Both the position numbers and the translations under genes were made by a program. Of a stretch of DNA of 64,000 bases, positions 17,428-26,145 are shown piece after piece. Under the pieces are notes generated by a model, which worked only from the letters and a program-made list of their open reading frames with translations, was not told the DNA's origin and ran no database searches. Origin of the DNA: Dehalococcoidia bacterium (lineage in GTDB: Bacteria; Chloroflexota; Dehalococcoidia; Lucifugimonadales; Lucifugimonadaceae); assembly GCA_965205325.1 (NCBI GenBank), contig OZ242166.1, positions 2,018,107 to 2,082,106 of the forward strand, written 5' to 3'. Positions within the stretch are counted from its first letter, which is position 1, and every line of letters begins with the position of its first letter.

Positions 17428-20370
17428 TTATTGCTTAGGAGCTTCTACCGTTGCAATGTAACCGTCTTCAGACTCGGTTGGGTTGTAGGTGATTTGGGGG
17501 GCACCGCCGGCGTCGGCTACGTCGGGGGCTACTGGTTTTAGGGCGTCTAGTTGGTCGGTTGTGGCGGTGATGGTTAGGGTTGCTAGGGATTTTCCTAGTC
17601 CGATTTGGGCTTCGTGTTTTGCTTTTCGGACGGCGGCTATTGCTCGGCAGGCGGTCTGGAAGGATGTGGGGGATTCGGGTTTGGGTACGGGGGTTAGTTG
17701 GTAGCGGTTGGGGATTGCGCCTACGCGCCCCCTTTGTCCTTCGGACATTTCCCCCGCGAGCGGGGGCAACCCGGCCGCCTCACCACCCCGTTCACCCTCA
17801 CCCTGGCCCTCTCCCATCAAGGGAGAGGGGAGCCCAGCTTCCCCACCCCTCTGGATTCCGGCTTTCGCCGGAATGACGGTGGTTGGCCAGGGGGTTTGGT
17901 GGATGGATTTGTAGCCGGTTTCTTGGGCGTAGGTCCAGGACCAGATTTCGTCGGTGATTGTGGGGACGAAGGGGGCGAATAGGCGGAGGAGGGTGTTTAG
18001 GGCTAGGCGTAGGGTGGCTACTGCGGAGGCTCTGCCCTGCTCGTCGGTTTCGGATCGGGCGCGGCGTTTTACTAGTTCGATGTAGTTGTCGGCGAATGCG
18101 TCCCAGAAGAAGGTCTCGGTGATCTGAAGGGCGAGGGCGAACTCGAAGCGTTCGAAGGCATCGGTGGCCCGGCGGACGGTGTCTCGGAGGTCGTTGACGA
18201 ATGCTCGGTCGAGTTCGGTGGTGATTTCGCCGTGTTCGGCTTCTTGCATGAGGACGAATTTGCCGGCGTTGTATAGCTTGGTGACGAGTTTGCCGCCGAT
18301 GGTGAAGACGGTCTCGTCGAAGGCCATGTCCATGCCGGGGCGTCCGTTGGATGCCCAGTACCGTACGGCGTCGGCGCCGTATTGGTTGACGAGGGGCATG
18401 GGGGTGACGGGAGCGCCGCGGGACTTGGACATCTTCTTGCGGTCGGGGTCGACGATGAAGCCGGAGATCATGGCTTTGTGCCAGGGGACGTCGTCGTTGT
18501 GTAGTGCGGACTTGACGATGGTGTAGAAGGCCCAGGTGCGGATGATGTCGTGGGCTTGGGGTCGCAGGTCGGCCGGGTAGAGGTTGGACATGCGGTCGCC
18601 GTCTTCGCCCCAACGAGCCAGTATTTGGGGGGTCATGGACGAGGTGAACCAGGTGTCGAAGACGTCTTGCTCGCCGACGAAGCCGTTGGGTTTTCCGCGC
18701 TGGGATTCGTCGTATCCGGGCGCGGGGGTGAGAGTCGGATCGACGGGGAGCATGTCGTTTGTGGCGACGATGTATTGGTCGTACTGGATGTCGCCGTCTG
18801 CGTCGATGGGGTACCAGACGGGTATGGCGACGCCGAAGTAGCGCTGTCGGGAGATGGCCCAGTCGTGGCCTAGGCCGTCGGTCCAGTCGGCGTATCGCTT
18901 TTGCATGAATTCGGGTAGCCATTGGACTTTGGCACCGACTTCTTGGAGGTAGGGCTTCTTGTCCATGAGGCGGACGAACCACTGTCGTGACGGGATATAT
19001 TCGATGGGTGTGCTGCCCTTCTCGTAGTATCGGACGACGTGTTCGATGGGGCGCGGTGGCGATCGGAGCGGGTTTCGCGTTTCGACTTCGTCTTCAGCGC
19101 CTTGCATGGTTTTTGCCGCGGTGCCGGGGCAGCTGAGCTGTTCCACGATCTTGGTTCGGACATCGTCGAGAGGCATTCCGAGGAGTTGGTCATAGAAGAA
19201 TTGGGCGCGGAATGGGTCTAGGGAGCCCCAGTGGGTCGTTTGCGAGGTCCCCCTTTGTCCTTCGGACATTTCCCCCGCTGAGCGGGGGAAACCTGAATGT
19301 TCGTAGGGGACGAATGTGCGTGGTGCGGCTTCGCCGTTGCGGGCGACCATTGGTCGGAGTTCGAGGTCGTGGGTGCGCCACCATTCGACGTCGGCGTCAT
19401 CGCCGAATGTGCAGAGCATGAGGATGCCGGTGCCCTTTTCGGGGTCGGCTTTTTCGCTGGGGAATATGGGGACTTTGGCGAAGAATCCGGGAGTGATGGC
19501 GTGTTTGCCGAATAGTGGCTTGAAGCGTTCGTCGTCGGGGTGAGCGGTGACGGCGACGCAGGCGGGTATCATCTCGGGGCGGGTAGTGGAGATGACGAAG
19601 GATTCGGGTACGCCCTCTTCGCCTTCCATGAGGGATTCGTAGACGCCGAATTCGATGTCGTGGTATGCACCGGGTGTGGGTCGGTCTTCGACTTCGGCTT
19701 GTGCGACCGCGGTCTGGAAGTCGACGTCCCACATAGTGGGGAGTTCGGCGGTGTAGACATGACCGCGCTCGTCAAGGTCGAGGAAGGAACGCTGGGCGAT
19801 GGCGCGGCAGCGATCGTCGATGGTGGCGTATTCCTCGGTCCAGTCGATGGAGAATCCGAGGCGGTTGAAGAGTTCCTTGTAGGTCTTTTCGTCTTCGGCG
19901 GTGACGATGTGGCAGAGTTCGATGAAGTTTTCGCGTGAGACGACTAGCTGCTCATCTTTGTCGAGGCCGAGTTCTTTGCGGCGTTTTCGGACGTTGAGGT
20001 TTTCTACATAGGGGACGTTCGGTTCGGCACGGACGCCGAAGTAGTTCTGGACGCGGCGCTCGGTGGGAAGCCCGTTGTCGTCCCAGCCCATTGGGTACAC
20101 GACGTTCCATCCGGTCATGCGTCGATATCGTGCGATGACGTCTTGGTGGGTGTAGGAGAAGACGTGGCCGGGATGAAGGGAGCCGCTGGCGGTCGGTGGT
20201 GGCGAGTCGATGACAAAGCTCTGTTCGCGGGAAGCGGATTTGTCGTGTTTGGAGATTTCGAGGGCATCCCACTGGGTACGCCAGTAGGCCTCACGCTCCT
20301 TGACGTCAAAGCGGCGCGGGAGATCGCGGGGGTTTATGGAGATGACTTTGTTGTTGGTTTGGGTTGTCAC
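17428..20370 (-). CDS. valS: Valine--tRNA ligase (actinobacterial/long type) carrying two in-frame repeat-derived insertions
   Basis: ORF 17428..20439. Class I motifs PPPTASGSLHPGHVFSY (HIGH-like) and KKMSKSRG (KMSKS), plus WDDNGLPTE and the C-terminal AAVRKAKHEAQIGLGKSL domain. GTG 20370 is preferred (GGAGA 6 nt upstream); ATG 20439 is possible. Confidence 0.9.
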   Translation of the reverse strand: MTTQTNNKVISINPRDLPRRFDVKEREAYWRTQWDALEISKHDKSASREQSFVIDSPPPTASGSLHPGHVFSYTHQDVIARYRRMTGWNVVYPMGWDDNGLPTERRVQNYFGVRAEPNVPYVENLNVRKRRKELGLDKDEQLVVSRENFIELCHIVTAEDEKTYKELFNRLGFSIDWTEEYATIDDRCRAIAQRSFLDLDERGHVYTAELPTMWDVDFQTAVAQAEVEDRPTPGAYHDIEFGVYESLMEGEEGVPESFVISTTRPEMIPACVAVTAHPDDERFKPLFGKHAITPGFFAKVPIFPSEKADPEKGTGILMLCTFGDDADVEWWRTHDLELRPMVARNGEAAPRTFVPYEHSGFPRSAGEMSEGQRGTSQTTHWGSLDPFRAQFFYDQLLGMPLDDVRTKIVEQLSCPGTAAKTMQGAEDEVETRNPLRSPPRPIEHVVRYYEKGSTPIEYIPSRQWFVRLMDKKPYLQEVGAKVQWLPEFMQKRYADWTDGLGHDWAISRQRYFGVAIPVWYPIDADGDIQYDQYIVATNDMLPVDPTLTPAPGYDESQRGKPNGFVGEQDVFDTWFTSSMTPQILARWGEDGDRMSNLYPADLRPQAHDIIRTWAFYTIVKSALHNDDVPWHKAMISGFIVDPDRKKMSKSRGAPVTPMPLVNQYGADAVRYWASNGRPGMDMAFDETVFTIGGKLVTKLYNAGKFVLMQEAEHGEITTELDRAFVNDLRDTVRRATDAFERFEFALALQITETFFWDAFADNYIELVKRRARSETDEQGRASAVATLRLALNTLLRLFAPFVPTITDEIWSWTYAQETGYKSIHQTPWPTTVIPAKAGIQRGGEAGLPSPLMGEGQGEGERGGEAAGLPPLAGEMSEGQRGRVGAIPNRYQLTPVPKPESPTSFQTACRAIAAVRKAKHEAQIGLGKSLATLTITATTDQLDALKPVAPDVADAGGAPQITYNPTESEDGYIATVEAPKQ
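17727..17879 (+). repeat. Composite B-C-A repeat cassette lying inside the valS reading frame
   Basis: B 17727..17773, C 17793..17833, A 17846..17879. In valS it is translated as VIPAKAGIQRGGEAGLPSPLMGEGQGEGERGGEAAGLPPLAGEMSEGQRG. Confidence 0.85.
19248..19293 (+). repeat. Family B double-hairpin repeat inside the valS reading frame
   Basis: tccccctttGTCCttcGGACatTTCCCCCGCtgaGCGGGGGAAacc, translated in valS as GFPRSAGEMSEGQRG. Other copies at 17727, 33136 and 58934. Confidence 0.85.
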
Positions 20371-20468
20371 TCGGTGTCTCCAGTTGTTGTTTGTCGGGGG
20401 CTTTGAACCATGATTGCCATAATTTTTGGTGATGGACATGATGGGTGTTGGTTGTTCGGACGGGATAC

Positions 20469-20745
20469 AAAAAAGCCCGTCCTTTCAAAGGACGGGGCTT
20501 GGGTGCCTCGCGGTACCACCTTTGTTGCCGCCGCGTGGTTGGTGCGGCGACCACTTGATTGACGCTTGGTAACGGGCGTTTTCCGACTGCGCTTAGTTGC
20601 CGGTTGGTTTGTGTTGGTTTCGGCGCAGCAGCTCTAGGGCGACTTCTCGGTTTGACGCTTCCGACGTTTCAGCGTGGGTCGGATCTCTGGTGAGCGTCAG
20701 GGGCCGGTACTACTCCCCTTCGGGGCTTTTGGGTGTTTGTCTGGG
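20469..20745 (-). promoter_or_regulatory. T-box riboswitch leader with Val (GUC) specifier, ending in an intrinsic terminator, upstream of valS
   Basis: On the minus strand: Stem I helices GACGCU/AGCGUC and UCCGAC/GUCGGA. AGAGA bulge (rc of 20684..20688). AGUAGUA / GAAGUCG specifier loop with GUC at rc 20641..20643. F-box CCGUUA (rc 20570..20575). T-box core AAAGGUGGUACCGCG (rc 20509..20523). Terminator AAGCCCCGUCC-UUUGAAA-GGACGGGCUU plus U6 (20469..20500). A TAAAAT -10-like hexamer at rc 20751..20756. Confidence 0.8.
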
Positions 20746-21125
20746 ATTCGATTTTAACTGAGGTTGATTTTGGATTCGGCTAGAAGAGCGACGAGTTTCT
20801 GCTCGACGCGACCCAGACCTTCGTCAAGCTTGTGTTCGAGGCGTGCTGGCCTTCGCCTAGGTGTTGGAGTATTTGGTCTAGGCCGTGAAGATGTGTGAAG
20901 TATGCCTTGCGGGTGGGCACGTCGATTTCTAAGGCTTCTACGAGTCGCTCCCGACGTTTTTGTAAATTCACTAGAATTGTCGATCCCGACAGCAATTCAT
21001 GATATCGGTGCAGTCATCAGTCGCGGGTTTTACAATCCGCTCAGTGCGATCTCGTCGCCCAAAAACCGTGACAGTGTCGGCCCGAGCACCCTAGACTTGT
21101 CTCCATTCCAGACAACCGTTGCGCC

Positions 21126-21959
21126 ATGCTTTCGCTAGCCGTCGTAATCGCAACGTATAACCGCCCCGAACTGCTGGCGAATCGAGCCTTGCCGTCCGTC
21201 GCCGCGCAAAGCCGGCTTCCGGAGCATTTGATTGTGGTAGACGACTCAGACGAAGACGTTAGGCATACCAACGCTCGTATCGTCAGCGACTTCGATGTGG
21301 GAGGTGTGGAGACTCGATACATCGAGAACTGCCGAACTCCCGGATTGTCTGGTGCGTCCAACACGGCATTAGCCTATCTGGAGGCAAATTACCCTGCGAC
21401 CTTCGTCGCCTTTCTCGACGACGACGATGCTTGGGACCCGTCCTACCTAAGGAAGTGCGAAAGGGCTGCGTTGGAGCACGACTTGGACATGGTGGCCGCC
21501 GGGTTGACCTACCGCGCGTCAGGAGACTCAGACGGAGTGCTGCTGGACCCTCCAACTGAGTTGGATTCAGCCGAACTGCTGGTGCGAAACACGCATATCC
21601 AAGGTTCCAACACGTTTGTCAGGCTGAGCAGATTACTGGAGGCAGGCGGTTTCGACGAGGCAATGGTAAGCACCACCGACCGGGACGTCTGCATCGGACT
21701 CGCCGATCTGGGCACGGTCAGGTTCGGCGCCTTGCAGGAGCATCTGGTGGATCACTACGCGGACAGTGACCGGCTTCGCCTCTCTACTCCTGGGTCGGAC
21801 AAGAACAAATCGGGTTTGAGGTATTTCTACAGAAAGTATCGCCACAGGATGTCCGCAGATCAACGGCAGGCGTTCATCGAGCGCTGCCGTCGGCTGTTCG
21901 ACTGCGACCCGACAATCGATGATCCGTCACCGCCACGCGTTGCGCGCTACGGTCAGTGA
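21126..21959 (+). CDS. Family 2 glycosyltransferase
   Basis: 277-aa ORF with LAVVIATYNRPELL, IVVDDSDED and FLDDDDAW (DxD) strings. Confidence 0.85.
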   Translation: MLSLAVVIATYNRPELLANRALPSVAAQSRLPEHLIVVDDSDEDVRHTNARIVSDFDVGGVETRYIENCRTPGLSGASNTALAYLEANYPATFVAFLDDDDAWDPSYLRKCERAALEHDLDMVAAGLTYRASGDSDGVLLDPPTELDSAELLVRNTHIQGSNTFVRLSRLLEAGGFDEAMVSTTDRDVCIGLADLGTVRFGALQEHLVDHYADSDRLRLSTPGSDKNKSGLRYFYRKYRHRMSADQRQAFIERCRRLFDCDPTIDDPSPPRVARYGQ

Positions 21960-22030
21960 ATAACGCGAATGCTTTGACTCAACTCTGGAACCACCGGTAA
22001 TTTTCGGATGCAACGATTCACGTGTTGGTG

Positions 22031-22429
22031 TTAGCTGGAGAGGGAGTCGGGGTTTTGGATGGCGTGTTGGGTAGAGAGGTTGACGTAGGTGGTTAAGGTT
22101 TGGGGGTCGGTTGGGTGGGTTAGGTTGTGGATTTTGATGTGTCGGAGTTTTTTGCCGGTGCCTTCTAGGAGGTTTTCGGGGTCGGGCATTGTTGCGCCGT
22201 TGAAGAATCCTAGTCGGATGTAATCGTTGTGGGGTTGGATCCAGGTGATGGTTCGTCGGGAGATTTCAGGGAGCCAGTAGCAGGGGGAACCCCATTTGAT
22301 GCCTTCGGTGAAGTTGTGGCCAGAGGCGATGATGGCGGATCGGATTTCGCGGATTAGGTTGTGGCTCTCATGTGGTTGTTCGGCGAGCCAGGTTTCGAAG
22401 ACCTCTTCGTTGAAGCGGGAGGAGGTCAT
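22031..22429 (-). CDS. DUF1801 (YdhG-like) domain protein
   Basis: 132-aa ORF. IKWGSPCYW and IRLGFFNGA strings recalled from DUF1801. ATGA overlap with the upstream gene. Confidence 0.7.
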   Translation of the reverse strand: MTSSRFNEEVFETWLAEQPHESHNLIREIRSAIIASGHNFTEGIKWGSPCYWLPEISRRTITWIQPHNDYIRLGFFNGATMPDPENLLEGTGKKLRHIKIHNLTHPTDPQTLTTYVNLSTQHAIQNPDSLSS

Positions 22430-23256
22430 TTGTGCGACAAGGTTCTTGGTTTCTTGGGTCGCGTGAGTTTGAATTCGAGGAGTGCGGAGCCGTCTTGGTC
22501 TTTCAACATGCGGGTGCGTCGTTCGTGGGCGTTGTTGATCTGGGCGAGCATGTCGAGGCCGCGTCGGGTTTCGGCTGCTACTTGTGCGGCGTTTGAGTAT
22601 TCCATGCGGCGTTTGAAGAGCCAGTATGTGAACTCTTCGTCGAGGGCGATAGTGCGGGTTTCATCGGGAGATTCGTCGATCAGGTCGGAAAGGCGTACGG
22701 AGTTTTCCTCAAGGAACTGGTCCCATAGCATCTCTTCCGTCTCTTCGTAGAGGCCGAGGTAGACGCGCTCGGAGGCATCGTCTGATGGTGGCATGCCGTT
22801 GGAGAAGCGGCGTTTCTGGATGCGGGATTGGACTGCTGCGATGAGGCATTGCTCGATGTGTACGCCGTAGAAGTAGTTGAGGTGGGCACGCCATGCGTCG
22901 ACGCCGAGGATGCGTTGGAACTGCTGTTCGGGCATCCCGCCGAAGACGCCGGTGGTGTCTAGCCATTCGAAGAGTTCTTCAGGTGTAACTGACGGATTTT
23001 CTTCTTCGGATAGTTGGGTTGCGATGCGTTCGGCTAGTCGCTTCCAGTTGAAGGCTTCGCCGCCGATGAAGTAGTGGAAGATTTCATCGCAGGCTCGTTC
23101 GTTCTCTTTGGGCCAAGCGGCTACGGTTTCGAGGAATGCGGGTTTCCAGTCGGATGGGTCATCTTCGAACTGTTGGATGAGGCCGTCCAACAGTTGACGC
23201 CGATTTATCTCGACGTCCTCTTCGGTTGCGGTTTGGTTTGCGGCGGTGGTGGTCAT
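22426..23256 (-). CDS. Acidic hypothetical protein (276 aa)
   Basis: Long ORF 6 nt downstream of secA, overlapping the DUF1801 gene start. No family recognised. Confidence 0.6.
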   Translation of the reverse strand: MTTTAANQTATEEDVEINRRQLLDGLIQQFEDDPSDWKPAFLETVAAWPKENERACDEIFHYFIGGEAFNWKRLAERIATQLSEEENPSVTPEELFEWLDTTGVFGGMPEQQFQRILGVDAWRAHLNYFYGVHIEQCLIAAVQSRIQKRRFSNGMPPSDDASERVYLGLYEETEEMLWDQFLEENSVRLSDLIDESPDETRTIALDEEFTYWLFKRRMEYSNAAQVAAETRRGLDMLAQINNAHERRTRMLKDQDGSALLEFKLTRPKKPRTLSHK

Positions 23257-23262
23257 TTGAGA

Positions 23263-26094
23263 TTACCGGGCCGCTTTGGTGCCCTTCTTCTTGTTACGCC
23301 GCTCGATTGCCCTGCGTTCTCGGCGTGAGAGGCGGCGTCCGTCTTTGGCGTGAGTTGGGGCGTTGACGGTAGTGATGGTTTGTTGTCCCGCGCCCTGTTG
23401 CGAGTTGGCCGACTGCATGACAGTTTGCTGTCCGGCTTGTGCGAGTGCGATTCGTTGAGCGGCGGCCAAGGCGTCGGTCTTTAGGGCGGTAGTGTTGGCG
23501 CTTGCGAGTTGGGTTGCTTGCTGTGGGATGTGGGGTGCGAGGTGGAATATGTTGCGGGCGACTTCGTTTCGTATCTCTTCGTTCATCTCGTTGAACATCT
23601 GGAACGACATAGTGCGGTATTGGACGAGGGGATCGCGTTGTCCGATGGCTTGGAGGCCGATCGACTGACGCATGTTTTCCATGCGTGTCAGGTGTCCGAC
23701 CCAGTGACGATCAAGGACTCGGAGGAGGACGCTGTGCTCGATCATCTTGAGGTTTTCGTCACCGAAGAGGAGTTCTCGCTGTTCGTAGACGGTGTCGACG
23801 TAGTCGTGGAGTTCTTCTTCGATTTCCTGCTGGGACTTGCTGGCTACTTCGTCTTCGGTGGTTAAGATTTCGACGATTGGGAAGTAACGCCGTATCGCCT
23901 GTTGAAATCCGGGGATGTCCCACTCGATGATGTCTCCGTCGAGGTGAGTTGCGACGATGTTGGAGAGGGCGGATTTGATGTAGCCGCGGATCTCGTCTCG
24001 GAAGTCGCCGCCATCGACTATGCGGTCTCGCATCTGGTAGACGACGTCGCGCTGGGTGTTGGCCACGTCGTCGTAGTCGACGAGTTGTTTTCGGATTTCG
24101 AAGTTGATGCCTTCGACTTTTTGCTGGGCATTTTCTACGGATTTGACGAGGACTGCGTTTTCGACCGGGACGTCTTCTTCCCACTTGAACATCTCGAGGG
24201 TGCTCTTGATGCGGTCGCCTCCGAAGCGTCGGACCAACTCGTCGTCGACGGATAGGAAGAATTGTGTTTCGCCGGGGTCGCCTTGTCGGGCACATCGGCC
24301 GCGTAGCTGGTTGTCGATGCGGCGGGATTCGTGTCGTTCGGTTCCGAGGACGAATAGTCCGCCTTTTTCGATGACGCCGTCGTGTTGGTCTTGCCAAGTG
24401 GTCATCGGATCGGCGTCGTGGCCGTTTTGAGACTTATGACGGTTTTGGCGTCCATTCCGTTTGGAGTTCGATTCGGCGACGGTCTCGGGGTTGCCGCCGA
24501 GGATGATGTCGGTACCGCGTCCTGCCATGTTTGTGGCGACGGTTACGGCACCGGGGATTCCGGCTTGGGCGATGACGTGTGACTCGGATTCGTGCTCTTT
24601 GGCGTTAAGGACTCGGTGGTTAACGTTTCGTCGTTTGAGGAGGTTGGAGATGACTTGGGACTTTTCGATGGTTGTGGTTCCGACGAGTACGGGGCGACCG
24701 GCGTTGCTGAGATCTTGGATCTTGTCAGCGGCGGCTTTCCACTTTGCATCTTCATTCATGTAGATGAGGTCTTGGTGGTCGACGCGTTTGTCCTCGCGGT
24801 TAGTAGGGATTGCGACGACTTCGAGTTTGTATATTTTTGCGAGTTCTTCGGCTTCGGTTGCGGCGGTACCGGTCATTCCGCTGAGTTTGTCGTACATGCG
24901 GAAGTAGTTTTGGAGGGTGATGGTGGCGTAGGTAGCGGATTCGGCTCGGACGCGGACGTTTTCCTTGGCTTCTAGGGCTTGGTGGAGTCCGTCTGAGAAT
25001 CGTCGTCCTTCCATCAGACGACCGGTGAACTCGTCGACGAGGATGATCTCGCCGTCTCGGACGACGTATTCGCGGTCACGGAGGTAGATATGTTCTGCTC
25101 GGATGGCGTTTTCGACTAGGTGTGGTAGCTCGTTGTCTTCGCCGGTCTCGCTGTAGAGGGTTTCGACGCCGAGGATTCGTTCGGCTTTTTCGCTACCGAC
25201 TTCGGTTAGGGCGACGTTTTTGCGTTTGAGGTCGACTTCGAAGTCCGTGTCTGGTTTTAGTCGTGTGGCTAGGGATGCGAACCGGGAGTAGTTTCGGTCG
25301 GTCTCGATGCCGGGACCGCTTATGAGGAGCGGGGTCCGGGCTTCGTCGATGAGGATGTTGTCGACCTCGTCGACGATGGCGTAAGTGAGACCTTTTTGGA
25401 CGCGATCTTCGGGTCTGCCGACCATGTGGTCGCGGAGGTAGTCGAAGCCGAGTTCGTTGTTTGTGGCGTAGAGGATGTCGCAGGCGTATGCTTCGACTTT
25501 TGTGGCTGGTCGGAGCTGAGTACCGACTACGGATGCGAATTTGGAGGAGGCGTCTTCGCGTTCCTGCGGGGTTCCGTCTTCCCGGTAGTTTTCGTCGAAG
25601 ACGAATGACTGGTTGTTCTGCTGCAGACAACCGACGGAGAGGCCCATGAATTGGTATACGGGGCCCATCCACTCGGCATCACGTTTTGCGAGGTAGTCGT
25701 TTACGGTGACGACGTGTACGGATTTGCCGTCGAGAGCGTTGAGGTATGCGGCTAGGGTTGCGACAAGGGTCTTGCCTTCACCGGTGCGCATCTCAGCGAT
25801 CTTTCCCTGATGCAGGACGACGCCGCCAATCATCTGGACGTCAAAGTGGCGCATCGCGAGGACGCGGGAAGATGCTTCCCGAACGGCGGCGAATGCTTCG
25901 GGAAGAATGTCTTCGAGGGTTTCGCCGGTGTTTAGGCGGGCTTTGAATTCGTAGGTGATGGCGGCCAGGTCGTCATCCATGAGATCGCGCATCGATTCTT
26001 CGTGCGCGTTGATCTCGTCGACGATCGGGTGCAGCTGTTTGAGCTGTTTTTCGTTCGGATCGCCTACTAATTTTCCTAGTAGTTTTCCGATCAT
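23263..26094 (-). CDS. secA: Preprotein translocase ATPase SecA
   Basis: 943-aa ORF with MRTGEGKTLVATL (Walker A), VDEVDNILIDEARTPLLISG, GRPVLVGTTTIEKS and GTERHESRRIDNQLRGRCARQGDPG. Confidence 0.95.
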   Translation of the reverse strand: MIGKLLGKLVGDPNEKQLKQLHPIVDEINAHEESMRDLMDDDLAAITYEFKARLNTGETLEDILPEAFAAVREASSRVLAMRHFDVQMIGGVVLHQGKIAEMRTGEGKTLVATLAAYLNALDGKSVHVVTVNDYLAKRDAEWMGPVYQFMGLSVGCLQQNNQSFVFDENYREDGTPQEREDASSKFASVVGTQLRPATKVEAYACDILYATNNELGFDYLRDHMVGRPEDRVQKGLTYAIVDEVDNILIDEARTPLLISGPGIETDRNYSRFASLATRLKPDTDFEVDLKRKNVALTEVGSEKAERILGVETLYSETGEDNELPHLVENAIRAEHIYLRDREYVVRDGEIILVDEFTGRLMEGRRFSDGLHQALEAKENVRVRAESATYATITLQNYFRMYDKLSGMTGTAATEAEELAKIYKLEVVAIPTNREDKRVDHQDLIYMNEDAKWKAAADKIQDLSNAGRPVLVGTTTIEKSQVISNLLKRRNVNHRVLNAKEHESESHVIAQAGIPGAVTVATNMAGRGTDIILGGNPETVAESNSKRNGRQNRHKSQNGHDADPMTTWQDQHDGVIEKGGLFVLGTERHESRRIDNQLRGRCARQGDPGETQFFLSVDDELVRRFGGDRIKSTLEMFKWEEDVPVENAVLVKSVENAQQKVEGINFEIRKQLVDYDDVANTQRDVVYQMRDRIVDGGDFRDEIRGYIKSALSNIVATHLDGDIIEWDIPGFQQAIRRYFPIVEILTTEDEVASKSQQEIEEELHDYVDTVYEQRELLFGDENLKMIEHSVLLRVLDRHWVGHLTRMENMRQSIGLQAIGQRDPLVQYRTMSFQMFNEMNEEIRNEVARNIFHLAPHIPQQATQLASANTTALKTDALAAAQRIALAQAGQQTVMQSANSQQGAGQQTITTVNAPTHAKDGRRLSRRERRAIERRNKKKGTKAAR

Positions 26095-26145
26095 GGTTCG
26101 GCTCTTGTTTTTCGCGTGGGGGTTAGGTTCTCACGCGGATGGGGG

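Noticed and set aside
17798-18982. 394-aa Arg-rich ORF inside valS (also 19397..19732, 19952..20272)
   Set aside because: Alternative-frame ORFs of a GC-rich gene. The composition is extreme (R/P/H), there are no motifs, and they are fully contained in the well-supported valS frame.
20780-20995. 71-aa minus-strand ORF upstream of the T-box leader
   Set aside because: No recognisable motif, RBS or conserved context. It may be real, but I cannot support it from sequence alone.
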